DNA of 64,000 bases, taken from NCBI GenBank assembly GCA_947585665.1, contig CANPXE010000001.1, positions 13,037-77,036 of the forward strand. The letters run 5' to 3'. Below are positions 38,118 to 47,100 of this stretch, in pieces. Source of the DNA: an uncultured Bacilli bacterium. Lineage in GTDB: Bacteria > Bacillota_I > Bacilli_A > RF39 > UBA660. How positions within the stretch are numbered: position 1 is the first letter of the stretch; each line of letters starts with the position of its first letter. The notes under the pieces were generated by a model that saw only the letters and a list, made by a program, of their open reading frames with translations, was not told where the DNA came from and ran no database searches. The translations under genes and the position numbers were made by a program.

Positions 38118-38780
38118 TTAGCCAGCGTCACTAGAGCTGTAATTTAATGTAATCGCACCAAAATTAACAGTGAAGTCACCATCAGCTCTTTCTGCATCTG
38201 GTTTATATGTTAAAGTTACAACAACTTTTTCATCTGTCTTCTTAGCTAGTTTTTGTTCAGTTATACTAGCTACTGTTGATGTTGCAGTATTATGGCTTCC
38301 AACTTCTACTTTTAACTCAAATCCTTTACAAGCTTTTTCTACCAATGCAGGTGTTGTTGTAGATAATGCTTCACATTTTATGTTACTTGTTTCATCTACA
38401 TTAGAGTAAATGATTGATTTCAAATAAGCATCATATTCACCATCATTTCTTACAAAAAACTCATATTTAATAGATTGTCCTGGAGCAGTAAACGTCCCAC
38501 CGATATTAGTGATAGTCTTATCATCACTAATAGTTGCTTGATTTCCTGAAAAGCCGTCAACTTCACCTGGCGTTACCTCTGGAGTAACTTCTCCTTTTTC
38601 GACTTTACTTGCAGTTGTCGAAAATTTAACAGCAAATGCACTATCACTTGGGTTTACTGTACTACTAGATGCATTTATAGTTAGTTGACTAGTGAAAGCA
38701 GCAAATCCAACTGACAAACCGACAATTGCAACTACCAAAGCAATAACAGCTATAACTTTTGTTCCTCTATCTCTTTCCAT
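38118..38780 (-). CDS. TasA/camelysin-like secreted protein with SipW-type signal peptide
   Basis: MERDRGTKVIAVIALVVAIVGLSVGFA|AFTSQLTINASS mirrors TasA ...GTWA|AFNDIK. FTAPGQSIKYEFFVRNDGEYDAYLKSI matches the TasA-fold PG....F.....N.G motif. AGGAGG RBS. Confidence 0.65.
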   Translation of the reverse strand: MERDRGTKVIAVIALVVAIVGLSVGFAAFTSQLTINASSSTVNPSDSAFAVKFSTTASKVEKGEVTPEVTPGEVDGFSGNQATISDDKTITNIGGTFTAPGQSIKYEFFVRNDGEYDAYLKSIIYSNVDETSNIKCEALSTTTPALVEKACKGFELKVEVGSHNTATSTVASITEQKLAKKTDEKVVVTLTYKPDAERADGDFTVNFGAITLNYSSSDAG

Positions 38781-38816
38781 ATTTTCACCTCCTCTATCTT
38801 AATTATATCTAATACA

Positions 38817-38846
38817 AGTATACCCCCCCCAATTCAATTGTGTCAA
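38817..38846 (-). promoter_or_regulatory. Putative promoter of the TasA-like/SipW operon with a G8 tract in the spacer
   Basis: The minus strand reads TTGACA-caattgaattGGGGGGGG-TATACT with an 18-nt spacer. About 35 nt of leader precedes AGGAGG and ATG 38780. Confidence 0.55.
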
Positions 38847-38873
38847 CAAATTATACATATACAAGTGTAAAGT

Positions 38874-38903
38874 AAAAAAATGAATCATTATAATAATGAA
38901 TCA
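38874..38903 (-). terminator. Terminator after rluB
   Basis: The minus strand reads TGATTCATTA-TTA-TAATGATTCA (9 of 10 bp paired) followed by TTTTTTT. It overlaps the rluB stop codon. Confidence 0.6.
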
Positions 38904-39620
38904 TTTTTCTTTAGCTAAAACATACAATTTTGAAATCTCTTTATGATTTAATTTACGATATTCTCCAGAATTTAATCCCTTTAAATCAAGAAAAGCTATT
39001 TTTTCACGTTTTAATTTTAAAACTTCTTTACCAATACTTTCAAACATTTTCTTTACTTGATGATTCTTACCTTCATGAATAATTAATTCAACGATTGAAG
39101 TATTAGTACTCTTATCAATTTTTTTAACTTTAACTCTCGATTTAGAAGTCATTACCCCATCAATAATAACTCCATCTTTAAGTTGCATAATTTCACTTGG
39201 CGAAAGAATTCCTTTAACTTTGGCAACATACACTTTATCAATATTATTTTTAGGATGCATCATCATATTAGCGAATTCACCATCATTTGTTAATATTAAA
39301 GCCCCTGTCGTATCATAGTCAAGACGTCCAACCGGATAAATTCTTTTGGTTTCTCCAATTAATGACACAACTGTTTTACGGCCATGCTCATCATTAGTTG
39401 ATGTAATAACACCTCTTGGTTTATTTAATAAATAATAGACTTTTTCTTCACGACTTATAATGGTATCATCAACTTTGATCTCATCTTTTTCACTTACTTT
39501 AACACCTAACTCTGTAATTATTTCACCATTTACTTTAACTCTTTTATTTAAAATTAATTCTTCTGCTTTACGACGCGATGCCACTCCACTTTCCGCAATA
39601 ACTTTTTGTAAACGTTCCAT
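38901..39620 (-). CDS. rluB: RsuA/RluB-family pseudouridine synthase with S4 domain
   Basis: MERLQKVIAESGVASRRKAEELI (S4 domain) and GRLDYDTTGALILTNDG catalytic motif. Confidence 0.85.
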   Translation of the reverse strand: MERLQKVIAESGVASRRKAEELILNKRVKVNGEIITELGVKVSEKDEIKVDDTIISREEKVYYLLNKPRGVITSTNDEHGRKTVVSLIGETKRIYPVGRLDYDTTGALILTNDGEFANMMMHPKNNIDKVYVAKVKGILSPSEIMQLKDGVIIDGVMTSKSRVKVKKIDKSTNTSIVELIIHEGKNHQVKKMFESIGKEVLKLKREKIAFLDLKGLNSGEYRKLNHKEISKLYVLAKEK

Positions 39621-39671
39621 AAAATCACCTAGGCATATTATGGCATAATAACTTATCTTTTTCAAGAATGA

Positions 39672-40748
39672 CTAGAAGAGTTTTTGGAAAAACAATAAAA
39701 TCTTGTCAAAAAAAGAAAGTTTTTCTTTACTCTTCTTAATATATAAATCTTCACGATGAATTTCTTCTTTATCAAGATATACAATAACTGTTCCAACTTT
39801 ATTTGATTCATTTAAATCAACATCATTCATAATTTGAATTGTCATTGTAACAAGTTCTTTTTCTTTTTCTAAAACAGGATAAGAAAAAGAATTTTTTATA
39901 TATAGCTTTCCATAGTTTTTATCCTTATAAGAGAAAGAATTTTTATTTAAAATAAGATAATTTTCATATTTTGAAAAAGCATATTCATATAAAGAAATAT
40001 GAGTACCATAAGTATCACTATCCGATAAAGAAACCGCTGTTAAGGATAAATTATTATTAAAAGCAGTACTAACTAAGGTCTTGCCAGCTCTTGGCGTATA
40101 ACCATTCTTCCCACCTGTAGCGTACTTATATTGGGTTAATAACTTGTTACGATTATACCAATCATATGCTTTCATATCACTTGTTGTCGTATAGTGTTTA
40201 GTAGAAGATACCTCTAAATAAAAAGGAATCTTTGATAACTCCTGTGAAAGAAGAGCCATATCATAACTTGTTGAATAATTTTCAGTCTTTTCATCAAGTC
40301 CATGAGGATTAGAAAAGATAGTATTTTTCATACCTAAATCTTGAGCTTTTTTATTCATTAAATAAATAAAATCATCATAATTTTTACCAATGTTAGAAGC
40401 AATGACAACACTCGCATCATTACCACTTCTTAAAATTAAACCATATAATAAATCACGTAAACTTATCTTTTCACCAACACTTAAATAAATACTGGTACCA
40501 TACATATCAAGAACTTCTTCACCTACTTCATAAACATCATTCAAATTACCATTTTCATAAGCAATTAAAAAAGTCATCATTTTCGTAGTTGAAGCAATCA
40601 ATCTTTTTTCATTGGAGTTTTTTGAATATAAAACGCGACCACTATCAATATCCATAAGAATACAACTATGAGCATTTTCACATAAAGCAAAACAAGAACT
40701 AGGAAATAAAAAAAGAATAAATAATAATAAATATTTCAAAAGTATCAC
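39672..40748 (-). CDS. D-alanyl-D-alanine carboxypeptidase (S11, PBP5/DacB-like)
   Basis: Signal peptide, SxxK (ASTTKMMT), SxN (RSGNDAS) and KxG (GGKNGYT). The exact start is uncertain: GTG 40748 or TTG 40739. Confidence 0.8.
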   Translation of the reverse strand: MILLKYLLLFILFLFPSSCFALCENAHSCILMDIDSGRVLYSKNSNEKRLIASTTKMMTFLIAYENGNLNDVYEVGEEVLDMYGTSIYLSVGEKISLRDLLYGLILRSGNDASVVIASNIGKNYDDFIYLMNKKAQDLGMKNTIFSNPHGLDEKTENYSTSYDMALLSQELSKIPFYLEVSSTKHYTTTSDMKAYDWYNRNKLLTQYKYATGGKNGYTPRAGKTLVSTAFNNNLSLTAVSLSDSDTYGTHISLYEYAFSKYENYLILNKNSFSYKDKNYGKLYIKNSFSYPVLEKEKELVTMTIQIMNDVDLNESNKVGTVIVYLDKEEIHREDLYIKKSKEKLSFFDKILLFFQKLF

Positions 40749-40824
40749 CTATTTTAATAAATGTAAAAACAATTAAAATAGAATAAAAAAAGGAAAGAAA
40801 ACTCTTTCCTCTAATATTTATAAA

Positions 40825-42960
40825 TTACATGTCAGTAATAGTTGGATCAGTTGGAACAGGTATACTACCATCAGGTTTAGGTATTTCTACTTTAGAGAAA
40901 CCAATTTTATCATCGATACCTTCCATCATATCATCAAAGTCAAAGTCGTCAATAACAGGATTAACATCTAATGGATCAACATTATCTAAACTTAAATCGT
41001 ATAAAGAACTTGTATCACCAGATGTCATCATATTTTCCATAGAAGGATCATTCTCTAAAACATTAGAATTTAGTTCGGCAACACCTGTGTCTGTAGTAGA
41101 CTCTGTTACAGTATCAGTTACAGCTGATGTAACATCAGAAGTTACATCACCAGTTTCAGTAGTTGGTGCTGTACTTACATTTTCTCCTTCACCAATGTCA
41201 GGAATCTCTACATGATTATTATCATCAGTAAGAGGTTCTTCTTCTGGTGCAGGATTTATTGTATCACCTTCAATAGTTCCAGGATCAGTTGTTTCTGGTG
41301 GTTGAACATCACCATTTGCATCAGGAAGTGGATTTCCTTCTTCTGGTGCAGGATTTATTGTATCACCTTCAATAGTTCCAGGATCAGTTGTTTCTGGTGG
41401 TTGAACATCACCATTTGCATCAGGAAGCGGATTTCCCTCTTCTGGTGCTGGATTTGTTGTATCACCTTCAACAGTTCCAGTATCACCTACTTCTGGTTGT
41501 TGAACATCACCATTTGCATCAGGAATTGGTTCCGTACCATCAGCATTTGGTTCAGTAACATTTGAATCACCAGTTTCCTCAGGTGGTGTAAATGTATCTT
41601 CACCAGTATCTATTTCAGGTTCTGGAACTTCTCCTTCGTCATCTGGCACAGCTTCCCAATCACTTTCTCCTCCTATTTCTGGCTCAGGTTCAGTTGTACC
41701 TGGATCATCTGTAGGTGGTGTTTCTTCTGGTGGTTTTTCTTCAGGCGTTTCTGAAGGTTTCTCTTCAGGATTTTCGGTAGGTGGTGTTTCTGGTTGAGTT
41801 TCTTCAGGCTTTACAGCAGGTAGTGGATCTGGTTGTTGAGTTGGCGATGGATTAGTACCACCACCAGAAGGATTTGATGGCGGTATATATCCTATATTAT
41901 TAGATGTACCTCCAGCACTTGTATCATTTTTTTCAGAATCAGAAGATTCTTCTTCATTTGTCTCATCTTTTTTGTTTTCTTCTATCATAGAAAGAATTAT
42001 AGCGCTATTTAAGCCAGGGTATTTTTTTATTAAATCATCATACTCAGTGAGTGTGCTCCACCTATCACTATCGTCATCTTTTATATATTTATTATAAAAC
42101 GACATTACATCATTTTTAAATTCTTCTACTTCTTTTTCATCTAAAAAATAATAATAATAATCAAATTTCTTATCATCGTCAATATCATCTAAATCATATG
42201 AACCACCTGTTAAAGTATAAATATCACTATCAGTCTTAAGAACTAGATTAATAATATCATCAAATGTTAATATATAAGAGCTTAAATTCTCACTTGCTGT
42301 ATTAGCCGTATTAGATATTGCTGTAGAATATTGAGTAATTTCACCACATGTCATTCTATCTGCAGAATCTTTTATATTTAAAAGATTAGAAGAAATTTTA
42401 CTACATTCACCTTTTATATTTAAAAGAGTTGATTCTGTAGTATCTCGAATAAGAAAATCTTTATCTGCTAAAGCAACTACTTTACCTGTTTCAAAACTAA
42501 CACTAGGAAATTCATCTAACTGTTCAGCAATTTTTAATGCATCAAGTTCTCCTTGTGTCTTAGGTGTTAGTTCTGGTGGTTGTTGAGGCATCCTCACTCC
42601 AAGATGTTCATTTGCATAGTTGCACTGTTGGTAATATGTATTCCATGCAGAACACAAAGCATCCCATTCATCTTGTAAAGTTTGATCATCTACTGGAACT
42701 ATTTGATTTACTGTGGACACTATATTACTACAACAACTTGCAATATTCCCTAAAGTATCAGAACCCAAAACATTATCAATTTTACCTATAATTTCATTAA
42801 TTTTATCATAACCTAATTCTGTATGCCACTCATTACCCAAATCTCCTATGTATTCAGTCAACGTACCATTTATAGTAGATATGTCTTCAATATAACCTTT
42901 TATATTTTCTAATTCGTTTTTAATAGTTTTAAATTCATTTTTTGTAACTTTCCTTTTCAC
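40825..42960 (-). CDS. Acidic Pro-rich 711-aa protein; candidate T7SS substrate with WXG-like N-terminal helical domain
   Basis: GTG start after GGAGG. N-terminus ...LTEYIGDLGNEWHTELGYDKINEI... is paralogous to the 43162..43812 product. The centre and C-terminus are P/E/T/D-rich with 33-aa tandem repeats. No signal peptide or TM. Confidence 0.6.
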   Translation of the reverse strand: MKRKVTKNEFKTIKNELENIKGYIEDISTINGTLTEYIGDLGNEWHTELGYDKINEIIGKIDNVLGSDTLGNIASCCSNIVSTVNQIVPVDDQTLQDEWDALCSAWNTYYQQCNYANEHLGVRMPQQPPELTPKTQGELDALKIAEQLDEFPSVSFETGKVVALADKDFLIRDTTESTLLNIKGECSKISSNLLNIKDSADRMTCGEITQYSTAISNTANTASENLSSYILTFDDIINLVLKTDSDIYTLTGGSYDLDDIDDDKKFDYYYYFLDEKEVEEFKNDVMSFYNKYIKDDDSDRWSTLTEYDDLIKKYPGLNSAIILSMIEENKKDETNEEESSDSEKNDTSAGGTSNNIGYIPPSNPSGGGTNPSPTQQPDPLPAVKPEETQPETPPTENPEEKPSETPEEKPPEETPPTDDPGTTEPEPEIGGESDWEAVPDDEGEVPEPEIDTGEDTFTPPEETGDSNVTEPNADGTEPIPDANGDVQQPEVGDTGTVEGDTTNPAPEEGNPLPDANGDVQPPETTDPGTIEGDTINPAPEEGNPLPDANGDVQPPETTDPGTIEGDTINPAPEEEPLTDDNNHVEIPDIGEGENVSTAPTTETGDVTSDVTSAVTDTVTESTTDTGVAELNSNVLENDPSMENMMTSGDTSSLYDLSLDNVDPLDVNPVIDDFDFDDMMEGIDDKIGFSKVEIPKPDGSIPVPTDPTITDM
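41236..41532. repeat. Three tandem 99-bp repeats inside the 711-aa gene
   Basis: Period of 99 bp, verified at three landmark positions (GGTGC at 41250, 41349, 41448). Copies 1 and 2 are nearly identical, and copy 3 has diverged. Each encodes EEGNPLPDANGDVQPPETTDPGTIEGDTINPAP. Confidence 0.9.
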
Positions 42961-43057
42961 AATCGCAATTCCTCCATTTACTAATATCGCTGGTTTTTAT
43001 TTTTAGAAATCATTATTTTATTAGAGAACATAAAATACTCACTATTCTTCTATCCTA

Positions 43058-43087
43058 ATTCTATCATATTTTCTTTAATTTTGTTAA
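43058..43087 (-). promoter_or_regulatory. Putative promoter of the 711-aa gene
   Basis: The minus strand reads TTAACA-18 nt-TAGAAT with a TGa extended -10. Confidence 0.35.
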
Positions 43088-43124
43088 TAAATAATAATTA
43101 TTTAAAAAAAGTTTACACTTTTGA

Positions 43125-43150
43125 CACAAAAAAAGTGCAATAAATGCACT
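43125..43150 (-). terminator. Terminator after the 216-aa gene
   Basis: The minus strand reads AGTGCA-TTTAT-TGCACT followed by TTTTTTTG. Confidence 0.6.
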
Positions 43151-43161
43151 CTCTATTATTG

Positions 43162-43812
43162 TTATCCAGTAACTGTTGAATTGTTTAAAGATCTAGAAAC
43201 ATTTTCTCTATCTTGATCAACATCACTATTAAATGTGCTCATAAATGTTTGAAGAGTTTCATCAAGTTTTTCTTCTACATTTTTTATAGTCGTTTGAATA
43301 ACTACTCTTGGATTAACATCTCCATCAGCACGATAACCAAATTGTTCATCACTTTCTACATAAGGAACAATATTATTTAAGTAAAGTCTCAATTTATCAA
43401 AACCAGCTTTTAATTGATTCTTTACTTCTTCCAAATCAGCATCATCAATATGTGGTCCATCTGGATCATCAAAGTTAATTACTTCAGTAACAATTTCCTT
43501 TTCACTTAATCTATCTAATTGGAATGGTTGTCCTCCTTGTGACATCATATATTGGTTAGCACTAGATAACATAGTTAAATATTGTCTATTAATTGTTTTT
43601 CTTGCTCCATTAAGAAGAGAAGAAACCTTTCCTGCTAACTCATTAGTTTTTGCATATCCCAAAGGTGAATGCCAATGTGCACGCAAATTTGTAAATGCTG
43701 TTTCCAAATCACTTGTACCAGTAGTAACATCTAATCCTACATAGTTCTCAGAAACAGTTTGCATTGCTGTTGTAAAATTTTTAGGTACTAATCCTGAATT
43801 TTGTAGACCCAT
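43162..43812 (-). CDS. 216-aa protein, candidate T7SS substrate/accessory with WXG-like N-terminal domain
   Basis: ...LETAFTNLRAHWHSPLGYAKTNELAGKV... aligns with the N-terminus of the 711-aa protein. No signal peptide. GGAG RBS 8 nt before ATG. Confidence 0.6.
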   Translation of the reverse strand: MGLQNSGLVPKNFTTAMQTVSENYVGLDVTTGTSDLETAFTNLRAHWHSPLGYAKTNELAGKVSSLLNGARKTINRQYLTMLSSANQYMMSQGGQPFQLDRLSEKEIVTEVINFDDPDGPHIDDADLEEVKNQLKAGFDKLRLYLNNIVPYVESDEQFGYRADGDVNPRVVIQTTIKNVEEKLDETLQTFMSTFNSDVDQDRENVSRSLNNSTVTG

Positions 43813-43923
43813 TTTTATCACTCCATTCTTTTATTTTATTTATTTAGGGCTTTCTATCCTACAAATATAATATAAACTAATTTTTTTTGTTTATCTACGC
43901 TTTTGCTTAAATTTTACATAAAT

Positions 43924-44190
43924 TTACATTTGTTTTTCAAATAGAATTAATTCTGAAGCATTTCTTATATCTGTTGTTATAACAATTTCATTATTTAAAT
44001 ATATGCGACCAGTATTTTTATTAATTAAAACATATTTTGATAATTCTTCTTGTGACAAATGACTCATTTCAGGAACAGTTTTTAACAATAATTTTTTTAT
44101 TTTGTATACTGTTTCGTTAACTGGTATAAAGAAATCAGCACTAAAATTCATCTTAGGAATTAATAATTTTATTAAAACTTTATTCTTCAT
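43924..44190 (-). CDS. esaB: YukD/EsaB-like ubiquitin-fold T7SS protein
   Basis: 88 aa. VLIKLLIPKMNFSADFFIPVNETVYKIKKLLLKTV resembles EsaB/YukD (..FD...P....I..LI..). Overlaps the essC stop by 11 nt. Confidence 0.6.
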   Translation of the reverse strand: MKNKVLIKLLIPKMNFSADFFIPVNETVYKIKKLLLKTVPEMSHLSQEELSKYVLINKNTGRIYLNNEIVITTDIRNASELILFEKQM

Positions 44191-47100
44191 TATCGTTCAC
44201 CTCATCCTGTGATAAAAAGTCAAGTATTTTCATCAAAGTTGGTTCGCCATCAATTACAGCATATCCCATATCATTTTTTATTGGCCTATTATATTCATTA
44301 CTATAGGCATCTGTTTTTATTATATTTTGTTCACCAAATCCTTTACCTATCCATATTCCGTATGTACTTGAGCCAAATGATTTCTTATACCAACCATCAT
44401 ATAATACTTCATCAACCTTGTCACCAACTCCAATAATAGCAATCTTTTCATATGCTTTTATTTTTTCAACAAAGAGTGTAAGAACTTTATCATCTACTTC
44501 GCCTTTTAAAGAATTCAAATCATACATTAATAGAACACCATATTCTTTTGAACCTTCGGCAATTTTTTTGTCAATATAAGTTGTTAATTTAGGAATCATA
44601 TCATTAAGATTGCTAGTATAATAATTAGGGTATTCCGTTTTTTCAATTCCTAATTTTTTATTTACATCAAAGATAAAGATATTACAATTTGGAATTAATT
44701 TAATAGTTTTTAAAAGACTTTGAATAAATATATTAATATCTTTTATCTTTTTACCAGCAATTAAAGTAGAACGACTTTCTAAGAAATCAAATAATATAGG
44801 TGAAATATTTGCTTTTGAAAGTCCTACTGGTACAGCACTTAATTTTTGAATAAATGGCTTTACATGTTCTAAACGGACGTGCGCAGGAAGAGTTGGTATT
44901 TTAGGTGCTGAAGTAGGATTTTGTTGCTTAACTAATTGAATAAACTTATCAACAAAAGCATTGAACTCTTCTGGTGTTTTTGTTATCGATCCTGTTTGAA
45001 ATTCATGTAGTTCACCATTGTTTAAGATACCGCGACCAGGATTATCTCTTGGAACAATTTGTTTCTTTGAACCTAATACATAGCCATATTCAAATTGATC
45101 TTTCAATTTATACGTATAAATTTGTGTAAAGTTTTGTGAAACCTTTTGTCGAACAGAATTAGTAGCAAGTCCAGATACAACAAAGACAATTCCATAACGG
45201 GCTGAATCTCTTGTTATTTCAGGCATTGTTTCATAAGAATCTTGATTGGCTTCAGCATAAGCATCATAGTTATTAATAATTATTACTTTTAAAGGTAGTT
45301 TCTTACCACTACTCTTTATGTAGTTCATATAAGATCCACCATAATCTGTGAATAATTTTTTACGTTTAACAATTTCATCACGAATCATTTTTACTAAACT
45401 ATTATATTTTTCTGTTTCTTCGGCAAAAACCATTCCACCAACTTGTGGTAGTTTTGAGAATTTGCGAAGCGACTCAGAACCATAATCAATTATATAAAAG
45501 TTAACCTCTTCAGCAGTATGAAGACGAGATGTTGAATATATTAAAGCATTAAAGAACATTTCTGAGTCACCATTATCATTACTATATGTAATAGCACTAC
45601 CATCTTCAAAGAAATTGTACTTAACAATTCCTTGTTGTTGTAACTCAGGAGCATCATATTCACCAATAATTGCTTCAACTTGATATGGCACAGGTCTAAC
45701 ATTATATTTATTGATTATTTCATCAATGACAATATCTTGGGGAATATTATCAAGCCATAATCTCTTAGCTTTAACATTATTAATATTTGAAACTTCTATT
45801 ATGTTTTTCATAACCGCAGCTAATTGCTCACCTTGAGCTTCAACTTTAACGTCATTAGTTTCTTCAACACTTCTAATTATATCAGCACAATCATTGATGT
45901 AATCAACACTTTTATCAACTTGTTTAACAATCCTATCAGAAGGATAATATTTAGCTCCACACCAACCAGATTGACCTAGAGCATATATTTCATCATATCC
46001 AACTTGTAAGAAATAGCGTCCAGCTTGGGAAATGTGAGCAGCATCAGGATGTTTTAACATTTCATTACTATCTGGTTCACTAGCAACTTTTAAACAAACA
46101 CGGAACTTTGTATTTGACCAAATTTGATCATTGACAACACCACTTGGTTTTTGGGTTGCCAAAATTAAGTGAACTCCTAAACTACGTCCAATACGCGCAA
46201 TACTAATCAAGTTGTCCATGAAATCTGGTTGTTGCGCTTTTAATTCAGCAAACTCATCACAAATGATGAACAAATGAGGAATTGGTTCTTTCAATCTACC
46301 ATCTTTAAAATGCCTTTGATATTTATAGATGTCCATGGTACTTTCACCTAAGGCATCACGAGCTTCATTAAACACTTTTTGACGACGTTTAACTTCGCTA
46401 TCAATACTTACTAAAGTTCTATCCATCTCAGCTTTATCGAGGTTTGTTATAGTACCTGCCAAATGTGGAAGAGTTACTCCTGTCAACTTATTTTCAAAAG
46501 CAAGTGCAAGTCCTCCACCTTTATAGTCAATCAAAATGAAAGCAACATCATTAGGACTATAATTAATACACATTGATAAAATATAGGTAATGATAAATTC
46601 AGATTTACCAGAACCAGTAGTACCAGCAATAAGTCCATGTGGTCCATGATATTTTTCATGTAAATCCAAATACATTAACTCTTGTTTAGCATTAACACCA
46701 ATTTCTGCTTTTAAAGAAGTTGTCGCATCATTATTATTCCAACGATTTAAAATATTCAATTGTTCAACTTTACCAACTTTTTCCATTTCTAAGAAACTTA
46801 TAGAATTAGGAAGAGACCCTACCTTTTCTTCAAACTCAATTGGTAAATTAGAAACAATTCTACTAATATCCATATAATTAATATTTGAACAAACTTCATC
46901 AGTAAATTGAATATACTCTTGGCTATCAAAATTACTCTTCAATAAACCGGATTTTGAAGATTCAGAAACATCAATATAATTGTTACACTTACTTGGTAAC
47001 TTACTCAAACTTTGAGCAACAATTATCATACTGAAACCTAAATTATTATCATTTTCAGCAATATTATTGACGAATTCATATTCTTTAACACGATCATAAT

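Noticed and set aside
41212-41565. 117-aa plus-strand ORF with internally repeated sequence
   Set aside because: It is antisense to the 99-bp tandem repeats of the 711-aa gene. Its repeated peptide simply mirrors the DNA repeat, and it has no RBS.
40825-42960. LXG-type polymorphic toxin with C-terminal toxin domain
   Set aside because: The C-terminal ~100 residues are acidic and low-complexity rather than a compact toxin domain. No small immunity-like gene follows, since the next gene is a DD-carboxypeptidase.
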